A stretch of 64,000 nt of DNA. Origin: an uncultured delta proteobacterium. GTDB taxonomy: Bacteria; Desulfobacterota; Binatia; UBA9968. The notes below the pieces were generated by a model. The model was not told where the DNA came from and searched no databases. It saw only the letters and a program-made list of their open reading frames with translations. Positions 10,824 to 22,722 of this stretch are shown here, in pieces. How positions within the stretch are numbered: the stretch's first letter is position 1; every line of letters begins with the position of its first letter. A program made the translations under genes and the position numbers. The stretch lies in contig CAVXEP010000032.1 in assembly GCA_963760795.1 (NCBI GenBank), positions 320,001 through 384,000 on the forward strand. The letters run 5' to 3'.

Positions 10824-11527
10824 AGGCCGCCGCGCGGTAAAAATTCGCCAAAGGCGCGCTCGAAACTTGGCCAGGGGCTCTGCTTGGCTTGGTCAAAACT
10901 CAACCGTCCCTGATGCAGCACCAGGGCGCGGCTGCACAGGTTCAAGGCGCGCGACACATGATGGGACGCCATGATGACGATATGACCCTTGGCGCATTGC
11001 TGCCGTAAGAATTCCTCTAACAGATCGACACCGCTGCCATCGAGGACGCCGTAGGGTTCGTCGAGGAGGAGTAAGCCGGGTTCGAGCAAGCGCCATTTGG
11101 CGATGGACAGGCGGCATTTCATGCCGGCGGAAAGGTTGCCGGCGAATTCATCGGCACGCTCAGCCAGACCGACTTCTTTCAATGCCGCCGCCAACCCATT
11201 CTCTTGGTGCTCTTTGCCATAAAGCGCTGTGAAGAATCGTAGGTTTTCTAAAACCGTAAGTTGATCGTAAAGATGGTCGGCAGGGGCGAGTAGACCGATT
11301 TGGCCGCGCAGAGTGGCGGAATTTGCAGCGAGGGTTTTGCCGTCGAGCTCGATGGTCCCGGCCGTGGGCGTGGACAGGCCGGCCAGGAGTTTCAGTAGCG
11401 TCGTCTTGCCGGCGCCGTTGGGGCCGAGCAGGGCGATGAACTCGCCGGCCACGAATTCAAGATCAAGGGGGCGCAGCGCCCACAAGTAGCCATAGGCTTT
11501 GGCGAGTTGGTTAACGATGAGGCGCAA
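10820..11527 (-). CDS. ccmA: Heme ABC exporter ATPase CcmA
   Basis: GPNGAGKTT, LSAGM, LLLDEP; first gene of ccm operon. Confidence 0.92.
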   Translation of the reverse strand: MRLIVNQLAKAYGYLWALRPLDLEFVAGEFIALLGPNGAGKTTLLKLLAGLSTPTAGTIELDGKTLAANSATLRGQIGLLAPADHLYDQLTVLENLRFFTALYGKEHQENGLAAALKEVGLAERADEFAGNLSAGMKCRLSIAKWRLLEPGLLLLDEPYGVLDGSGVDLLEEFLRQQCAKGHIVIMASHHVSRALNLCSRALVLHQGRLSFDQAKQSPWPSFERAFGEFLPRGGL

Positions 11528-11723
11528 GTGTCGATCCCAAGTTTCAATCCATGGAAGCCCGGCGAGATTCGCTTCGCTCTGCGAGCGGCTCGACTATAGT
11601 GAGCGTCAGTGCTGGATTCAAGCAGCGAGATAATATTGTTTCTTTTGGTCATTTGGTTGACTTTTTAAGGCGGAGACCACTATGTAAATAGGCAATTCAA
11701 TACGCGCAAAATAGGAGGAATCA

Positions 11724-12398
11724 ATGAATCCCGTGGTTACGGTCACCGGGTTTTGGGACGCATTCGTTACCAAGATAGCGGTGTTTCTGCCCAACTTGCT
11801 GTTCGCCGTGGCGATTATCTTGCTCGGTTGGGTGGTTTGCAACGTGATTAAACGAGTCGTCGTCCGGCTGTTGAAACTTTGCCAGTTCGATACCCTGGCG
11901 GAACGCTCCGGCATCAGGCAGATCCTCGAGCGGGGCGGGGTGCGCCAGACAGCATCGGATATCGTTGGCCTGTTGGTGTTTTGGTTTCTCTTCCTCATCG
12001 CCATCGTCACCACGCTCGAGACGCTCAATTTGAGCGGCGCAACCGATACACTCCACACCATTTATCTGTACATTCCCAAGATCGTCGCTGCCCTGGTGAC
12101 GTTGATTTTAGGACTTTACTTCGCCAATTTTCTCGAGTCGGTGACGCGGACTTCATGCGCCAATGCGGGGCTGGAAGCCGCTGAATCCATCGGCCGGGCG
12201 ACCTATGTCGGGACGGCGATTTTTGTCGTTGCCGGGATTTTCGAGATCCTCGATATCGCCTCGGAGATCGTCATTTGGGCGTTCATCCTGGTGTTTGGCG
12301 CCGCCTGTTTGGCGCTGGCCTTGGCCTTTGGCTTAGGTGGCCGCGAGGTCGCCGGCCGGTTTCTTGAAAAGTGGTTAGAGCAGAAGAAAAACGAGTAG
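11724..12398 (+). CDS. TM-helix repeat membrane protein (MscS-associated TM_helix family)
   Basis: Two LPNLLFAV.II..G / IPKIVAAL...ILG repeats, ALAFGLGGRE; AGGAGG RBS. Confidence 0.8.
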   Translation: MNPVVTVTGFWDAFVTKIAVFLPNLLFAVAIILLGWVVCNVIKRVVVRLLKLCQFDTLAERSGIRQILERGGVRQTASDIVGLLVFWFLFLIAIVTTLETLNLSGATDTLHTIYLYIPKIVAALVTLILGLYFANFLESVTRTSCANAGLEAAESIGRATYVGTAIFVVAGIFEILDIASEIVIWAFILVFGAACLALALAFGLGGREVAGRFLEKWLEQKKNE

Positions 12399-12407
12399 TT
12401 AGCTACC

Positions 12408-12436
12408 TTGACTCGCCTTAGCTAATCAGTTAGTTT
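12408..12436 (+). promoter_or_regulatory. Putative sigma70 promoter of icd operon
   Basis: TTGACT-N17-TAGTTT, 90 nt upstream of icd. Confidence 0.5.
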
Positions 12437-12526
12437 CGATCAGTTCAAAATTTATTTTTACGCAAATAGCCTAAGGCGCGCGGAATCGTTCGACGCTCTT
12501 AGGCTTTTTTTGCACGTGAGGAGATT

Positions 12527-13933
12527 ATGGCAGATTACAAAGTGGTAAAAGTTCCAACTGGCGGCGCTAAAATCACCATGGGGCCCAACAAGAAACTTAA
12601 GGTCCCGGATAATCCGGTCATTCCGTTTATCGAAGGCGATGGCACGGGGCGCGATATCTGGCGCGCTTCGGTGCGCGTATTCGATTCGGCTGTGGAGAAG
12701 GCGTACGGCGGCAAAAAGAAGATCCACTGGATGGAAGTTTACGCCGGTGAGAAGTCCTTCAAGCAATATAACAGCTGGCTCCATGAGGAGACGGTGCCGG
12801 CATTTACCGAATTTCTTGTTGGCATCAAGGGGCCCCTGACCACTCCGATCGGCGGCGGGATGACTTCGTTGAACGTCGGTCTGCGAAAATTGCTCGATCT
12901 TTACGTATGCCTGCGGCCTGTGCGTTATTTCAAAGGCGTGCCTTCGCCGGTGAAGCATCCTGAATTTGTCGATATGGTGGTTTTCCGCGAAAACACCGAA
13001 GACATTTACACGGGCATCGAGTTTCCCAACGGCACCGAGGCTAACGCCAAGTTCAAATCGCTACTTAAAGAAGCCTTCCCCAAGGAATTTGCCAAAATTC
13101 GTTTTCCCAACTCCGCCTCCATCGGCCTGAAACCGGTTTCCGTGGAAGGCACCGAGCGCTTGGTTCGCGCGGCGATTGAATGGGCGCTGGTGAATAAGCG
13201 CAAAAACATTAACTTTGTCCATAAGGGCAACATCATGAAATACACTGAGGGCTCATTCATGGAATGGGGCTACGCCCTCGCCAAGCGCGAATTTCGCGGC
13301 GACGTGATCGCCGAACGCGAGTCGTGGATCTTGGGAAATAAGGAAGCCAATCCTAACATCAGCGTTGCCGATAATGCCAAAGCGATCGATCCTGGTTTTG
13401 AGATGATGTCGCCGGAACAGCAGAACGACATCAAAAAGGAGGTCGAAGAAGCGCTCAAGCTCTGGCCGACCCACGGCGACGGTAAATGGAAGTCCAAGCT
13501 GATGCTCAAAGATTCCATCGCCGACGTGACGCTACAGTTCGTGCTGATTCGGCCGAAGGATTACGATGTCATCGCGACGATGAATTTGAACGGCGATTAT
13601 CTCTCGGACGCGCTGGCGGCCCAAGTCGGTGGCATCGGCATCGCACCCGGCGCCAATATCAATTACGAGACCGGCCACGCGGTGTTCGAAGCGACCCATG
13701 GCACGGCGCCGAAGTATGCGGATCTCGATAAGGTGAATCCAGGCTCGGTAATACTCTCGGGCGAAATGATGCTCCGCTATATGGGGTGGGGCGAAGCGGC
13801 CGACTTGATCATCAAAGGCATCGAAGGGGCGGTCGATAATAAGACCGTTACTTACGATTTCGAGCGGCTGATGCCAGGTTCGAAACTCGTCACTTGCTCA
13901 GGCTTCGGCGATGCCATCATTGCTAACATGTAG
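12527..13933 (+). CDS. icd: NADP-dependent isocitrate dehydrogenase
   Basis: [35 protein letters not shown]. Confidence 0.97.
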   Translation: MADYKVVKVPTGGAKITMGPNKKLKVPDNPVIPFIEGDGTGRDIWRASVRVFDSAVEKAYGGKKKIHWMEVYAGEKSFKQYNSWLHEETVPAFTEFLVGIKGPLTTPIGGGMTSLNVGLRKLLDLYVCLRPVRYFKGVPSPVKHPEFVDMVVFRENTEDIYTGIEFPNGTEANAKFKSLLKEAFPKEFAKIRFPNSASIGLKPVSVEGTERLVRAAIEWALVNKRKNINFVHKGNIMKYTEGSFMEWGYALAKREFRGDVIAERESWILGNKEANPNISVADNAKAIDPGFEMMSPEQQNDIKKEVEEALKLWPTHGDGKWKSKLMLKDSIADVTLQFVLIRPKDYDVIATMNLNGDYLSDALAAQVGGIGIAPGANINYETGHAVFEATHGTAPKYADLDKVNPGSVILSGEMMLRYMGWGEAADLIIKGIEGAVDNKTVTYDFERLMPGSKLVTCSGFGDAIIANM

Positions 13934-13984
13934 CGACGCGGGTTTTGCAAATTTTGGCTGCATCAGCATAGGAACGATTGAAGT

Positions 13985-14929
13985 ATGGCTAGGAAGAAAA
14001 TTGCACTGATTGGCGCGGGCAATATTGGCGGTTCGATGGCCCATCTGGCGCTACTCAAAGGGTTGGGCGATGTGGTGTTGTTCGATGTCGTCGATGGCTT
14101 GCCGCAAGGTAAAGCTCTCGATCTTTCTCACGCCGGCCCGGTTGAAGGGTTTGACGGCAATGTGACTGGCACCAACAAGTATGAAGATATCGCCGGCGCC
14201 GATGTCTGTATCGTGACGGCGGGTATCGCGCGCAAGCCGGGCATGAGCCGGGACGACCTGCTTGGCACCAACTGCAAGATTCTGAGCTCCGTGGCCGAGG
14301 GCATCAAGACCCATGCGCCCAATTCCTTTGTCATCGTCATCACCAACCCGTTGGATGCGATGGTCACGTTGATGCAGCGCAAGCTCGGTTTCCCCAAGAA
14401 CCGTGTCGTCGGCCAGTCGGGGATTCTCGATTCGTCGCGCTATCGGTCGTTCATCGCCAAAGAGCTCAATGTATCAGTCAAGAGCGTCCAAGCGGTGGTG
14501 TTGGGCGGCCACGGCGACGATATGGTGCCGGTGCGTAGCTCATGCATTATCGGCGGCGTGCCGGTGGAGAAGTTGATTTCCGGCGAACGTCTCAATGAAA
14601 TCGAAGCGCGGGTGCGCAATGCCGGCGGTGAAGTCGTCGCCTTATTGAAGACCGGTTCGGCCTATTTTTCACCGGCGTCGGCGGCGATTCAAATGACCGA
14701 AGCATTTCTCTTCGATAAGAAAGAACTGCTGCCGTGCGCAGCTTTGTTGGAAGGGGAGTACGGCGTTAACGGTTACTACTTCTGTGTGCCGGTACAAATC
14801 GGCGCCGGGGGTGTCGAGAGAATCATCGATATCGGTTTGAGCGCGTCAGATAAGAAGGCCTTCGACGAGTCGCTCAATCACGTCAAAGATATCGTCCAGG
14901 CGATGGACCGCGTTCTGAGCGCGGCGTAA
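13985..14929 (+). CDS. mdh: Malate dehydrogenase (LDH-like)
   Basis: [30 protein letters not shown]. Confidence 0.97.
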   Translation: MARKKIALIGAGNIGGSMAHLALLKGLGDVVLFDVVDGLPQGKALDLSHAGPVEGFDGNVTGTNKYEDIAGADVCIVTAGIARKPGMSRDDLLGTNCKILSSVAEGIKTHAPNSFVIVITNPLDAMVTLMQRKLGFPKNRVVGQSGILDSSRYRSFIAKELNVSVKSVQAVVLGGHGDDMVPVRSSCIIGGVPVEKLISGERLNEIEARVRNAGGEVVALLKTGSAYFSPASAAIQMTEAFLFDKKELLPCAALLEGEYGVNGYYFCVPVQIGAGGVERIIDIGLSASDKKAFDESLNHVKDIVQAMDRVLSAA

Positions 14930-15006
14930 TAACAGACAGAGTATAGAGACAGAGATATTAGCTCGGGCCAAATCTCTGTAACTCTCTCCTTTCTCTATCT
15001 TCAGTC

Positions 15007-16167
15007 ATGAATATTCACGAATTCCAAGCCAAGGAAATCCTCAAGCGTTTCGGCGTGGTGGTGCCGCGCAGTATCGTCGCGTCGACGCCCGAAGAGGCCA
15101 AGAAGGCGGCCCAAGAACTTGGCGGCGGGGTATGCGTGGTCAAAGCGCAGATTCATGCCGGCGGCCGCGGCAAAGGTGGCGGTGTCAAGGTCGTCAAGAC
15201 TCCTGATGAAGCCGCGGCTAGAGCCAGTGACATGCTCGGCAAGAATTTGGTGACCCATCAGACCGGGCCGGAAGGCCGCAGGGTGCGCCGGGTACTGGTC
15301 GAGGAGGGGCTCAATATCGCCCGCGAGCTGTATCTCGCCATGGTGCTCGATCGCGCGCAATCCCGGGTAACTGTCATTTGTTCATCGGAGGGCGGCGTCG
15401 AGATCGAAGTCGTCGCCGAAAAACATCCGGAAAAAATCCTCAAAGAGACCATCGATCCGGTGATCGGCTTGGCGGCGTTTCAGTGCCGGCGCATCGCTTT
15501 TTCCTTGGGGATTCCCGCTGAGCTCACCGGCAAGTTCATCGGCGCCATGCAGGGGCTGTACCGCGCCTTTGATGAATGCGACGCAGCGCTGGCGGAGATC
15601 AACCCTTTGATCCTCACCAAAGACGGCCAGGTGCTCGCCCTCGACGCTAAAATGAACTTCGACAGCAACGCATTCTTTCGGCAAAAAGATATTTTGGCTC
15701 TGCGCGATACCGACGAAGAGGATCCGCGCGAAGTGGAAGCGAGTAAGTTTGATCTTTCGTATATCGCTCTCGACGGCAACATCGCTTGCATGGTGAACGG
15801 CGCCGGCCTGGCGATGGCGACCATGGACATCGTCAAAGTGTATGGCGGCGAGCCGGCTAACTTTCTCGATGTTGGCGGCGGCGCGGATAAAGCTAAAGTC
15901 GCTAACGCTTTTCGCATCTTACTCGCCGATGACCGTGTCAAGGGTGTGTTGATCAATATTTTCGGCGGGATCATGCGTTGCGATGTGTTGGCTCAAGGTG
16001 TGGTGGATGCAGCGCGGGAGTTGAGCATAAAAGTGCCGCTGGTCGTGCGCATGCAAGGGACCAATGTCGAGCAGGGAAGAAAAATTCTCGCCGATTCCGG
16101 GCTGACCATCATTTCTGCTGACACCATGGCGGAAGCGGCGGAGAAAATCGTCAAAGCCATCAAGTAA
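15007..16167 (+). CDS. sucC: Succinyl-CoA synthetase beta subunit
   Basis: [40 protein letters not shown]. Confidence 0.98.
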   Translation: MNIHEFQAKEILKRFGVVVPRSIVASTPEEAKKAAQELGGGVCVVKAQIHAGGRGKGGGVKVVKTPDEAAARASDMLGKNLVTHQTGPEGRRVRRVLVEEGLNIARELYLAMVLDRAQSRVTVICSSEGGVEIEVVAEKHPEKILKETIDPVIGLAAFQCRRIAFSLGIPAELTGKFIGAMQGLYRAFDECDAALAEINPLILTKDGQVLALDAKMNFDSNAFFRQKDILALRDTDEEDPREVEASKFDLSYIALDGNIACMVNGAGLAMATMDIVKVYGGEPANFLDVGGGADKAKVANAFRILLADDRVKGVLINIFGGIMRCDVLAQGVVDAARELSIKVPLVVRMQGTNVEQGRKILADSGLTIISADTMAEAAEKIVKAIK

Positions 16168-16288
16168 TTTTGGATTTTGGATTGCCGATTTTAGATTAGG
16201 GGAAACGTGGAGAAAAGTCTTATGGCGTTACTGAATTTGTCCGACAATCTAAAATCTAAAAGCGGCCCCGCAGACGAAAATCCAAAAT
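16168..16288. repeat. Heptamer tandem-repeat hairpin (TTTTGGA)n ... (AATCTAA/AATCCAA)n
   Basis: TTTTGGA TTTTGGA TTGCCGA TTTTAGA directly after sucC stop; complementary arm at 16246-16288. Confidence 0.85.
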
Positions 16289-16294
16289 AAATTC

Positions 16295-17167
16295 ATGTCC
16301 ATTCTAGTTAACAAGAGCACGCGAGTTTTGACCCAAGGCATCACCGGTGCCACTGGCCAGTTTCACACCAAAGCATGCAAAGAGTACGGCACGCAAATGG
16401 TTGCCGGTGTGACGCCGGGAAAAGGTGGCACAGCCTACGAGGGCATCCCGATCTTCGATACCGTCGCTGAAGCGGTCAGAGAGACTGGCGCCAACGCCAC
16501 GGTGATTTATGTGCCGCCGCCGTTCGCGGCGGATGCTATACTCGAGGCCGCCGATGCCAATATCCCTTTGATTATTTGCATCACCGAGGGAGTGCCAGTG
16601 CGCGACATGGTCAAGGTCAAACGGTTTCTGGCCGGACGAAGCTCGCAACTGCTTGGCCCCAACTGTCCCGGCACAATCACCCCGGGTGATTGTAAGATCG
16701 GCATCATGCCCGGTCATATTCACCGCCCAGGAACCATCGGTGTGGTCTCGCGCAGCGGTACGTTGACCTATGAAGCGGTGGATCAGCTGACCCGCTTAGG
16801 TATGGGGCAGTCGACCTGCGTCGGGATCGGCGGCGATCCCGTGCATGGTTTCGATTTCCTCGATGCATTGGAGTTGTTCAACGACGATCCGGGAACCGAA
16901 GCGGTGGTAATGATCGGTGAGATCGGCGGCAGCTCTGAAGAGGAAGCGGCAGCGTGGATTAAGACCAACATGAAAAAGCCCATGGCCGGATTTATCGCCG
17001 GCCAGACGGCGCCGTCCGGGAAACGCATGGGCCACGCCGGCGCGATCATCTCCGGCGGTAAAGGAACGGCAAACGAGAAAATTGCCGCGATGAAACAAGC
17101 GGGGATTCGCATGGCGTCGTCGCCGGCGGATATCGGCCGTTCAATGCAGGAGGCATTAGGAAAGTAA
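16295..17167 (+). CDS. sucD: Succinyl-CoA synthetase alpha subunit
   Basis: [28 protein letters not shown]. Confidence 0.98.
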   Translation: MSILVNKSTRVLTQGITGATGQFHTKACKEYGTQMVAGVTPGKGGTAYEGIPIFDTVAEAVRETGANATVIYVPPPFAADAILEAADANIPLIICITEGVPVRDMVKVKRFLAGRSSQLLGPNCPGTITPGDCKIGIMPGHIHRPGTIGVVSRSGTLTYEAVDQLTRLGMGQSTCVGIGGDPVHGFDFLDALELFNDDPGTEAVVMIGEIGGSSEEEAAAWIKTNMKKPMAGFIAGQTAPSGKRMGHAGAIISGGKGTANEKIAAMKQAGIRMASSPADIGRSMQEALGK

Positions 17168-17168
17168 T

Positions 17169-17588
17169 ATGGCTATGGAAAGAACTTTATCGATCGTTAA
17201 ACCTGACGCGGTGGCGCGTAATTTGATCGGCGCGATTGTCAGAAAGTTCGAATCCGCCGGGCTTCGAATCGCCGGCGGCAAATTGATTCGTCTCACGCCC
17301 GAGCAGGCGCAAGCGTTTTATGCCGTGCACAAAGCCCGGCCGTTTTTTCAGGGATTGTGCGATTATATGTCGTCCGGACCGATCTTCGTGTCCGTCCTTG
17401 AAGGCGATAACGCCATCGCCAAGAATCGCGAAGTGATGGGCGCGACGGACCCCGCGAAAGCCGCTGCGGGTACGATCCGCCAGGAGTTCGGTCAGGACAT
17501 AGAAAAGAACGCCGTGCACGGTTCCGATGGGCCGGATACCGCTGCCACTGAAATCGCTTTTTATTTTAAACCCGAAGAATTGTTTTAG
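17169..17588 (+). CDS. ndk: Nucleoside diphosphate kinase
   Basis: [22 protein letters not shown]. Confidence 0.98.
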   Translation: MAMERTLSIVKPDAVARNLIGAIVRKFESAGLRIAGGKLIRLTPEQAQAFYAVHKARPFFQGLCDYMSSGPIFVSVLEGDNAIAKNREVMGATDPAKAAAGTIRQEFGQDIEKNAVHGSDGPDTAATEIAFYFKPEELF

Positions 17589-17614
17589 ACTTTCGCCGTA
17601 TTGGGTGGTTTGAC

Positions 17615-18694
17615 GTGAAGGCAGACGAGAAGCCCAATATCAAGGATTTGAGCGCCAGCGAGTTCGCTGAATTTCTCGCCGCGGCCAAGCAGCCGACCTA
17701 TCGCGCCAAACAAATCTGCCAGTGGCTGTTCCGTGAGCACGCCACCGACTTCGCGACCATGACCAACCTGCCGGCTGACTTGCGCGAGCAGCTGGACAAG
17801 TCTTTTACCATCGGCCGGTTAGCGATCCTGCGCCGCCACGACTCCCAGGACGATACGGTAAAATTCCTCTTTGGCCTGGCCGACGGTCGAAGCATCGAGA
17901 GCGTATTAATTCCTGAAAAGAATCGCTTAACCCTGTGTATTTCCACTCAGGTTGGTTGCGCTTATGGCTGTGCCTTTTGCGCCACCGCGCTTTTGGGTTT
18001 TAAGCGCAATCTCACCTGCGGCGAGATAGTCGAGCAGATTCTCGAAGCCGGGCGCACGCTGCCGGACGACCGGCGGATATCCAATATCGTTGTCATGGGA
18101 ATGGGCGAGCCCTTGGCCAACTATGCTCAGACCTTGCGTGCCATCGAAATCATGGTCGACGCTTCCTGGGGGTTGGGAATTGCGCCGCGGAAAATTACCT
18201 TGTCGACTGTCGGCTTGGTACCGCAAATCGAAAAGTTGATGGAAGAAACCAACGTCACGCTGGCGATTTCTTTGCACGCCGCCACCGAGGAATTGCGCGG
18301 CCGCTTGATGCCGATCAACCGCAAGTACTCGCTCAGGCAGCTGATCGACTGTTGCCGCAATCTGCCGCTGCCGCGGCGCAAACGGATCACCTTCGAGTAT
18401 GTGTTGCTCGGCGGCGTGAACGATTCGGTGGCGGACGCCGCCGCGCTCTGCCGGCTGTTACGCGGCGTGCCGAGCAAGGTGAATTTAATTCCGTTCAATT
18501 CCCATCCAGGCAGCGAATTTCAGCGGCCCAGCGATGAGGCCGTCAAGCGCTTTCGACAAGTTCTTTTCGATCATAAGCTGCAAGTCAACATACGCCGGCC
18601 GCGTGGCGACGATATCGCGGCGGCCTGCGGCCAACTCCAGGGGCAGGGACAACGGGAATTATCCATCTCCGTTGCGCCGGTCGCGGCAAACTAG
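17615..18694 (+). CDS. rlmN: 23S rRNA m2A2503 methyltransferase RlmN
   Basis: CISTQVGCAYGCAFC, MGMGEP, DIAAACGQL. Confidence 0.96.
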   Translation: MKADEKPNIKDLSASEFAEFLAAAKQPTYRAKQICQWLFREHATDFATMTNLPADLREQLDKSFTIGRLAILRRHDSQDDTVKFLFGLADGRSIESVLIPEKNRLTLCISTQVGCAYGCAFCATALLGFKRNLTCGEIVEQILEAGRTLPDDRRISNIVVMGMGEPLANYAQTLRAIEIMVDASWGLGIAPRKITLSTVGLVPQIEKLMEETNVTLAISLHAATEELRGRLMPINRKYSLRQLIDCCRNLPLPRRKRITFEYVLLGGVNDSVADAAALCRLLRGVPSKVNLIPFNSHPGSEFQRPSDEAVKRFRQVLFDHKLQVNIRRPRGDDIAAACGQLQGQGQRELSISVAPVAAN

Positions 18695-18700
18695 ATACCC

Positions 18701-19561
18701 ATGAAACCTCCAATCGTCGGCGTGATCGGCGGCAGTGGGCTGTACCAGATGGACGGTCTCAAAAGGGTACGGGAGGTGGCGGTTTCGACGCCATTCGGCA
18801 AACCCTCTGACAAGCTCGTGCGCGGCAAACTCGGCAATTTCGATCTCGTGTTTTTGCCGCGGCACGGCAAAGGCCATCGCTGGCTGCCCACGGAAGTTAA
18901 TTTTCGCGCCAATATTTTCGCCATGAAGAAGTTGGGCGTTGAGCGGATTATCTCGGTCAGCGCGGTGGGCAGTCTGCGCGCGGACATCGCCCCCGGCCAT
19001 CTGGTCGTGCCCGACCAATTCATCGATCGCACCAGCCAGCGGCCGAGCACGTTTTTTGGCAAGGGGCTGGCCGCCCATGTCAGCCTAGCAGATCCGTTTT
19101 GCCAGGAGCTCTCCGCGGTTCTGGTGCAATCGGCCGAGCAGGCGGGCGCCACGGTACATCGCGGCGGGACTTACCTGTGCATCGAAGGGCCGCAATTTTC
19201 GACTAGGGCAGAGTCCCATCTGTACCGTAGTTGGGGCGCTCATGTGATCGGCATGACCAATTTGCAAGAAGCCAAACTGGCCCGCGAAGCGGAGATCTGT
19301 TTCGGCACTTTGGCTTTGGCCACCGACTACGATTGTTGGAACGAGCAGGCCGGCGATGTTGAAATCGAGCGGGTCTTGGCAGTCTTGCAGAACAATGTTG
19401 CATTAGCGCGGCGCACCATCGGCGCGGCGCTTGCTGCTCTGGCAGAGCCGCGCCATTGCAGCTGTGCGAGCGCGCTAAAGGATGCTATGATTACTGATCG
19501 ACGGGCGATTCCTAAAAAACTACGGCAAGATTTGCGGCCCATTATAGGAAAATATCTATGA
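18701..19561 (+). CDS. mtnP: S-methyl-5'-thioadenosine phosphorylase
   Basis: IGGSGLY, LPRHG, EGPQFSTRAES, IGMT, TDYDCW. Confidence 0.95.
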   Translation: MKPPIVGVIGGSGLYQMDGLKRVREVAVSTPFGKPSDKLVRGKLGNFDLVFLPRHGKGHRWLPTEVNFRANIFAMKKLGVERIISVSAVGSLRADIAPGHLVVPDQFIDRTSQRPSTFFGKGLAAHVSLADPFCQELSAVLVQSAEQAGATVHRGGTYLCIEGPQFSTRAESHLYRSWGAHVIGMTNLQEAKLAREAEICFGTLALATDYDCWNEQAGDVEIERVLAVLQNNVALARRTIGAALAALAEPRHCSCASALKDAMITDRRAIPKKLRQDLRPIIGKYL

Positions 19562-20463
19562 GTGTATTGGTTGTTGGCACGGTTGCGTTCGACTCCATTG
19601 AGGCGCCGGCGGGTTGCGTCGAGAGAATTCTCGGGGGCTCGGCGTCCTATTTCGCCCTGGCAGCGAGTTATTTCGCGCCGGTACGCATGGTTGGCGTCAT
19701 CGGCCAAGATTTCCCTCAGGATCACTTGGACCTGTTTACCCAGCGCGGCATCGATATCGCAGGCATCAAGCGCGAGCAGGGCGATACTTTTCATTGGCGC
19801 GGCCGCTATCATGAAGACATCAATCAGCGCGATACCATTGAACTGCATTTGAATGTCCTGGCGGGTTTCAAACCGAAACTGCCGGAAAGTTATCGCGACG
19901 CGGAATTGGTATTTCTCGGCAATATCGATCCAGTCATACAGATGGATGTCGTCGAACAGATCCGCCACATGAAGCTTCTGGTGTGCGACACCATGGATTA
20001 CTGGATCCGCGAGAGCAACGCTGAGCTCAAAAAGCTCCTGCAGCGCGTTGAGATGTTGGTGCTGAACGATTCCGAAGCGCGCCTGCTCAGTGGCTACGAT
20101 AATATCGTCAAGGCGGCGCGGGCGATTCTGCGCATGGGCCCCAAGATGGTATTAATCAAGCGCGGCGAGTATGGGGTTTTGCAATTCTCCGATTCGGCGA
20201 TTTTCGCGACGCCGGCGTATCCTTTGGAAGAAGTCTTTGATCCCACCGGCGCCGGCGATTCCTTTGCTGGCGGCATGATGGGCCAGCTGGCCCGCACTGG
20301 TGATTTGAGCCAGGGCAGCCTGCGCCGGGCGATCGTCTACGGCTCGGTGGTCGCGTCGTTTACCGTCGAGGACTTTGGCGTCAAAAGACTCATCGATGTC
20401 TCGCTGCCGGCAATCGAAGAGCGCTACCGACGTTTTGTCGAGCTGACCGATTTTCATACCTGA
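19558..20463 (+). CDS. PfkB-family sugar/nucleoside kinase
   Basis: GGSASY, DPTGAGDSFAGG. Confidence 0.92.
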   Translation: MSVLVVGTVAFDSIEAPAGCVERILGGSASYFALAASYFAPVRMVGVIGQDFPQDHLDLFTQRGIDIAGIKREQGDTFHWRGRYHEDINQRDTIELHLNVLAGFKPKLPESYRDAELVFLGNIDPVIQMDVVEQIRHMKLLVCDTMDYWIRESNAELKKLLQRVEMLVLNDSEARLLSGYDNIVKAARAILRMGPKMVLIKRGEYGVLQFSDSAIFATPAYPLEEVFDPTGAGDSFAGGMMGQLARTGDLSQGSLRRAIVYGSVVASFTVEDFGVKRLIDVSLPAIEERYRRFVELTDFHT

Positions 20464-20467
20464 GCCG

Positions 20468-21421
20468 ATGGAGCTTTCTGTCGTCATTCCGGTCTACAAC
20501 GAGGAAGAGAATGTCGAGCCGCTGATTGGCGAGATCGAAGTTGCAATGTCGGCGTTGGGCAAAAGCTATGAAGTCGTCGTCGTCGACGACGGCAGCAGGG
20601 ACGGAACATTCCTCAAGTTAAGGCAGATTCACCAACGCGTGCCTCAACTCAAGGTTATTGGTCTCAAGCGCAACTTCGGCCAAACCGCGGCGCTGGCGGC
20701 CGGTTTGGCCCACGCGCATGGCGATGTTGTGATCCTCATGGATGGCGACGGGCAGAACGATCCCGCCGATATCCCCCCATTGCTGGCCAAGCTCGACGAA
20801 GGCAACGATTTGGTGGCGGGCTGGCGGCATAATCGTCGAGACCCGTTTCTCAACCGGCGGTTGCCGTCGATGATCGCTAACCGACTGATTTCGTTGACCA
20901 CCCGTGTGAAGCTCCATGACTACGGATGTACCTTGAAAGCGCTGCGCCAAGATGTCGCGAAAGGTTTGCGCCTGTACGGCGAAATGCACCGATTTATTCC
21001 CGCCATCGCTTACGAGCGCGGCGCCCGCATCGCCGAATTGAAAGTTAACCACCGGCCACGCCTGCGCGGCCAGTCGAAGTACGGTATCACGCGGACGTTG
21101 CGCGTGGTGCTGGATCTACTGACGGTAAAGTTCTTAAGCAGTTATTCGACCCGGCCGTCCCATGTGTTTGGGCCCATCGGCATCGGCAGCGGCCTGGCGG
21201 GCTTTGCCATCGGCTTGCATCTGACGGTGCAAAAAGTTTTCTATGGCCAGGATATCGGCGCCCGCCCGTTGCTGTTGCTAGGCATACTGTTAATCTTTAT
21301 TGGTTTTCAATTCGTCACCATGGGTTTATTGGGTGAAATGCTGGCGCGGACCTATCATGAATCCCAGGACCGGCCGGTTTACGTGGTTGGTGAAATTCTC
21401 GAATGGAGACCTGAAGTATGA
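20468..21421 (+). CDS. GT2 glycosyltransferase (ArnC/DPM1-like)
   Basis: SVVIPVYNE, DDGSRD, RNFGQTAA, MDGDGQNDP, two C-terminal TMs. Confidence 0.92.
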   Translation: MELSVVIPVYNEEENVEPLIGEIEVAMSALGKSYEVVVVDDGSRDGTFLKLRQIHQRVPQLKVIGLKRNFGQTAALAAGLAHAHGDVVILMDGDGQNDPADIPPLLAKLDEGNDLVAGWRHNRRDPFLNRRLPSMIANRLISLTTRVKLHDYGCTLKALRQDVAKGLRLYGEMHRFIPAIAYERGARIAELKVNHRPRLRGQSKYGITRTLRVVLDLLTVKFLSSYSTRPSHVFGPIGIGSGLAGFAIGLHLTVQKVFYGQDIGARPLLLLGILLIFIGFQFVTMGLLGEMLARTYHESQDRPVYVVGEILEWRPEV

Positions 21422-22722
21422 AATTGGCGGTGGTGGGAACCGGCTATGTCGGCCTGGTCGCGGGAACTTGCTTGGCGGAGAGCGGTAACGATGTGATCTG
21501 TGTCGATATCGATGAGAAAAAAATCGACTTGCTCAATGGCGGCAAGGTGCCGATTTATGAACCGGGCTTGGAAGAGATGGTGCAGCGCAATGCCGAAGAT
21601 CAGCGCTTGAGCTTCACCACGGATCTACCCAGTGCGGTGCAAAAGTCGGATGTTATCTTCATCGCCGTCGGCACGCCCCAGGGACCGACGGGTCATGCGA
21701 ATCTGGAATTCGTCAAAGCGACCGCCAAGGGCATCGCTAAAGCGCTCGATTCTTTCAAGATCGTCGTCACCAAGAGTACCGTTCCTGTGGGCACGGCGGA
21801 CCAGATCAAACAGTGGATAGCTGAAGAGACCGCACAACCCTTTGCGGTGGCGTCCAATCCCGAGTTCATGAAAGAGGGCGCGGCGGTGGAAGATTTCATG
21901 AAACCCGACCGGGTGGTTTTGGGCGGCGACAATGCAGAGGCGCTGGCGACACTGCGCGAACTGTACGAGCCTTTTGTCCGCACCGGCAATCCCATCCTGA
22001 TCATGGACAGCCGGAGCGCGGAGATGAGTAAGTACGCCGCCAACGCCATGCTGGCGACCAAGATTTCGTTTATTAACGAAGTCGCCCGGTTGTGCGAGGA
22101 GATGAACGCCGACATCGGCGAGGTGCGCCGGGCGATCAGTCTCGACCGGCGCATCGGGCCGCATTTTATTTTCCCCGGCGCCGGCTATGGCGGTTCCTGT
22201 TTTCCCAAGGATACCCGCGCCATGATCGGCATGGGCGGTGAGCGCCAAGAAATGGTCCTGCTCAAAGCGGTGGAACAAGTCAACGAACGGCAAAAGCAAT
22301 TACTGTTCGACAAAGTCCGGCGCCACTTCGACGATAAGCTCGCCGGACTGACTTTCGCAGTGTGGGGGTTGGCGTTCAAGCCGCGCACCGACGACATGCG
22401 CGATGCGCCGGCGATCAACATCATCGAAGCGTTGCTCGGCGCCGGCGCCAGGGTGCAGGCCTTCGATCCCGAAGCGATGGAGGAAGCGCGAAAAATCTTC
22501 GGCGACCGCATTCAATATACCCATCGTAACTATGATGCGCTGCATGGCGCGGCGGCGTTACTGATCGTCACCGAGTGGAATGAGTTTCGCCGGCCGGATT
22601 TTACTCGGGTCAAAAACCTGCTCACCCATCCGGTCATTTTTGATGGCCGCAACGTCTACGATCCGGCGGATCTGCGCAAACTAGGATTTACCTATTATTC
22701 CATCGGGAGAAATAATGGCTAG
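21418..22722 (+). CDS. ugd: UDP-glucose 6-dehydrogenase
   Basis: [39 protein letters not shown]. Confidence 0.95.
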   Translation: MKLAVVGTGYVGLVAGTCLAESGNDVICVDIDEKKIDLLNGGKVPIYEPGLEEMVQRNAEDQRLSFTTDLPSAVQKSDVIFIAVGTPQGPTGHANLEFVKATAKGIAKALDSFKIVVTKSTVPVGTADQIKQWIAEETAQPFAVASNPEFMKEGAAVEDFMKPDRVVLGGDNAEALATLRELYEPFVRTGNPILIMDSRSAEMSKYAANAMLATKISFINEVARLCEEMNADIGEVRRAISLDRRIGPHFIFPGAGYGGSCFPKDTRAMIGMGGERQEMVLLKAVEQVNERQKQLLFDKVRRHFDDKLAGLTFAVWGLAFKPRTDDMRDAPAINIIEALLGAGARVQAFDPEAMEEARKIFGDRIQYTHRNYDALHGAAALLIVTEWNEFRRPDFTRVKNLLTHPVIFDGRNVYDPADLRKLGFTYYSIGRNNG

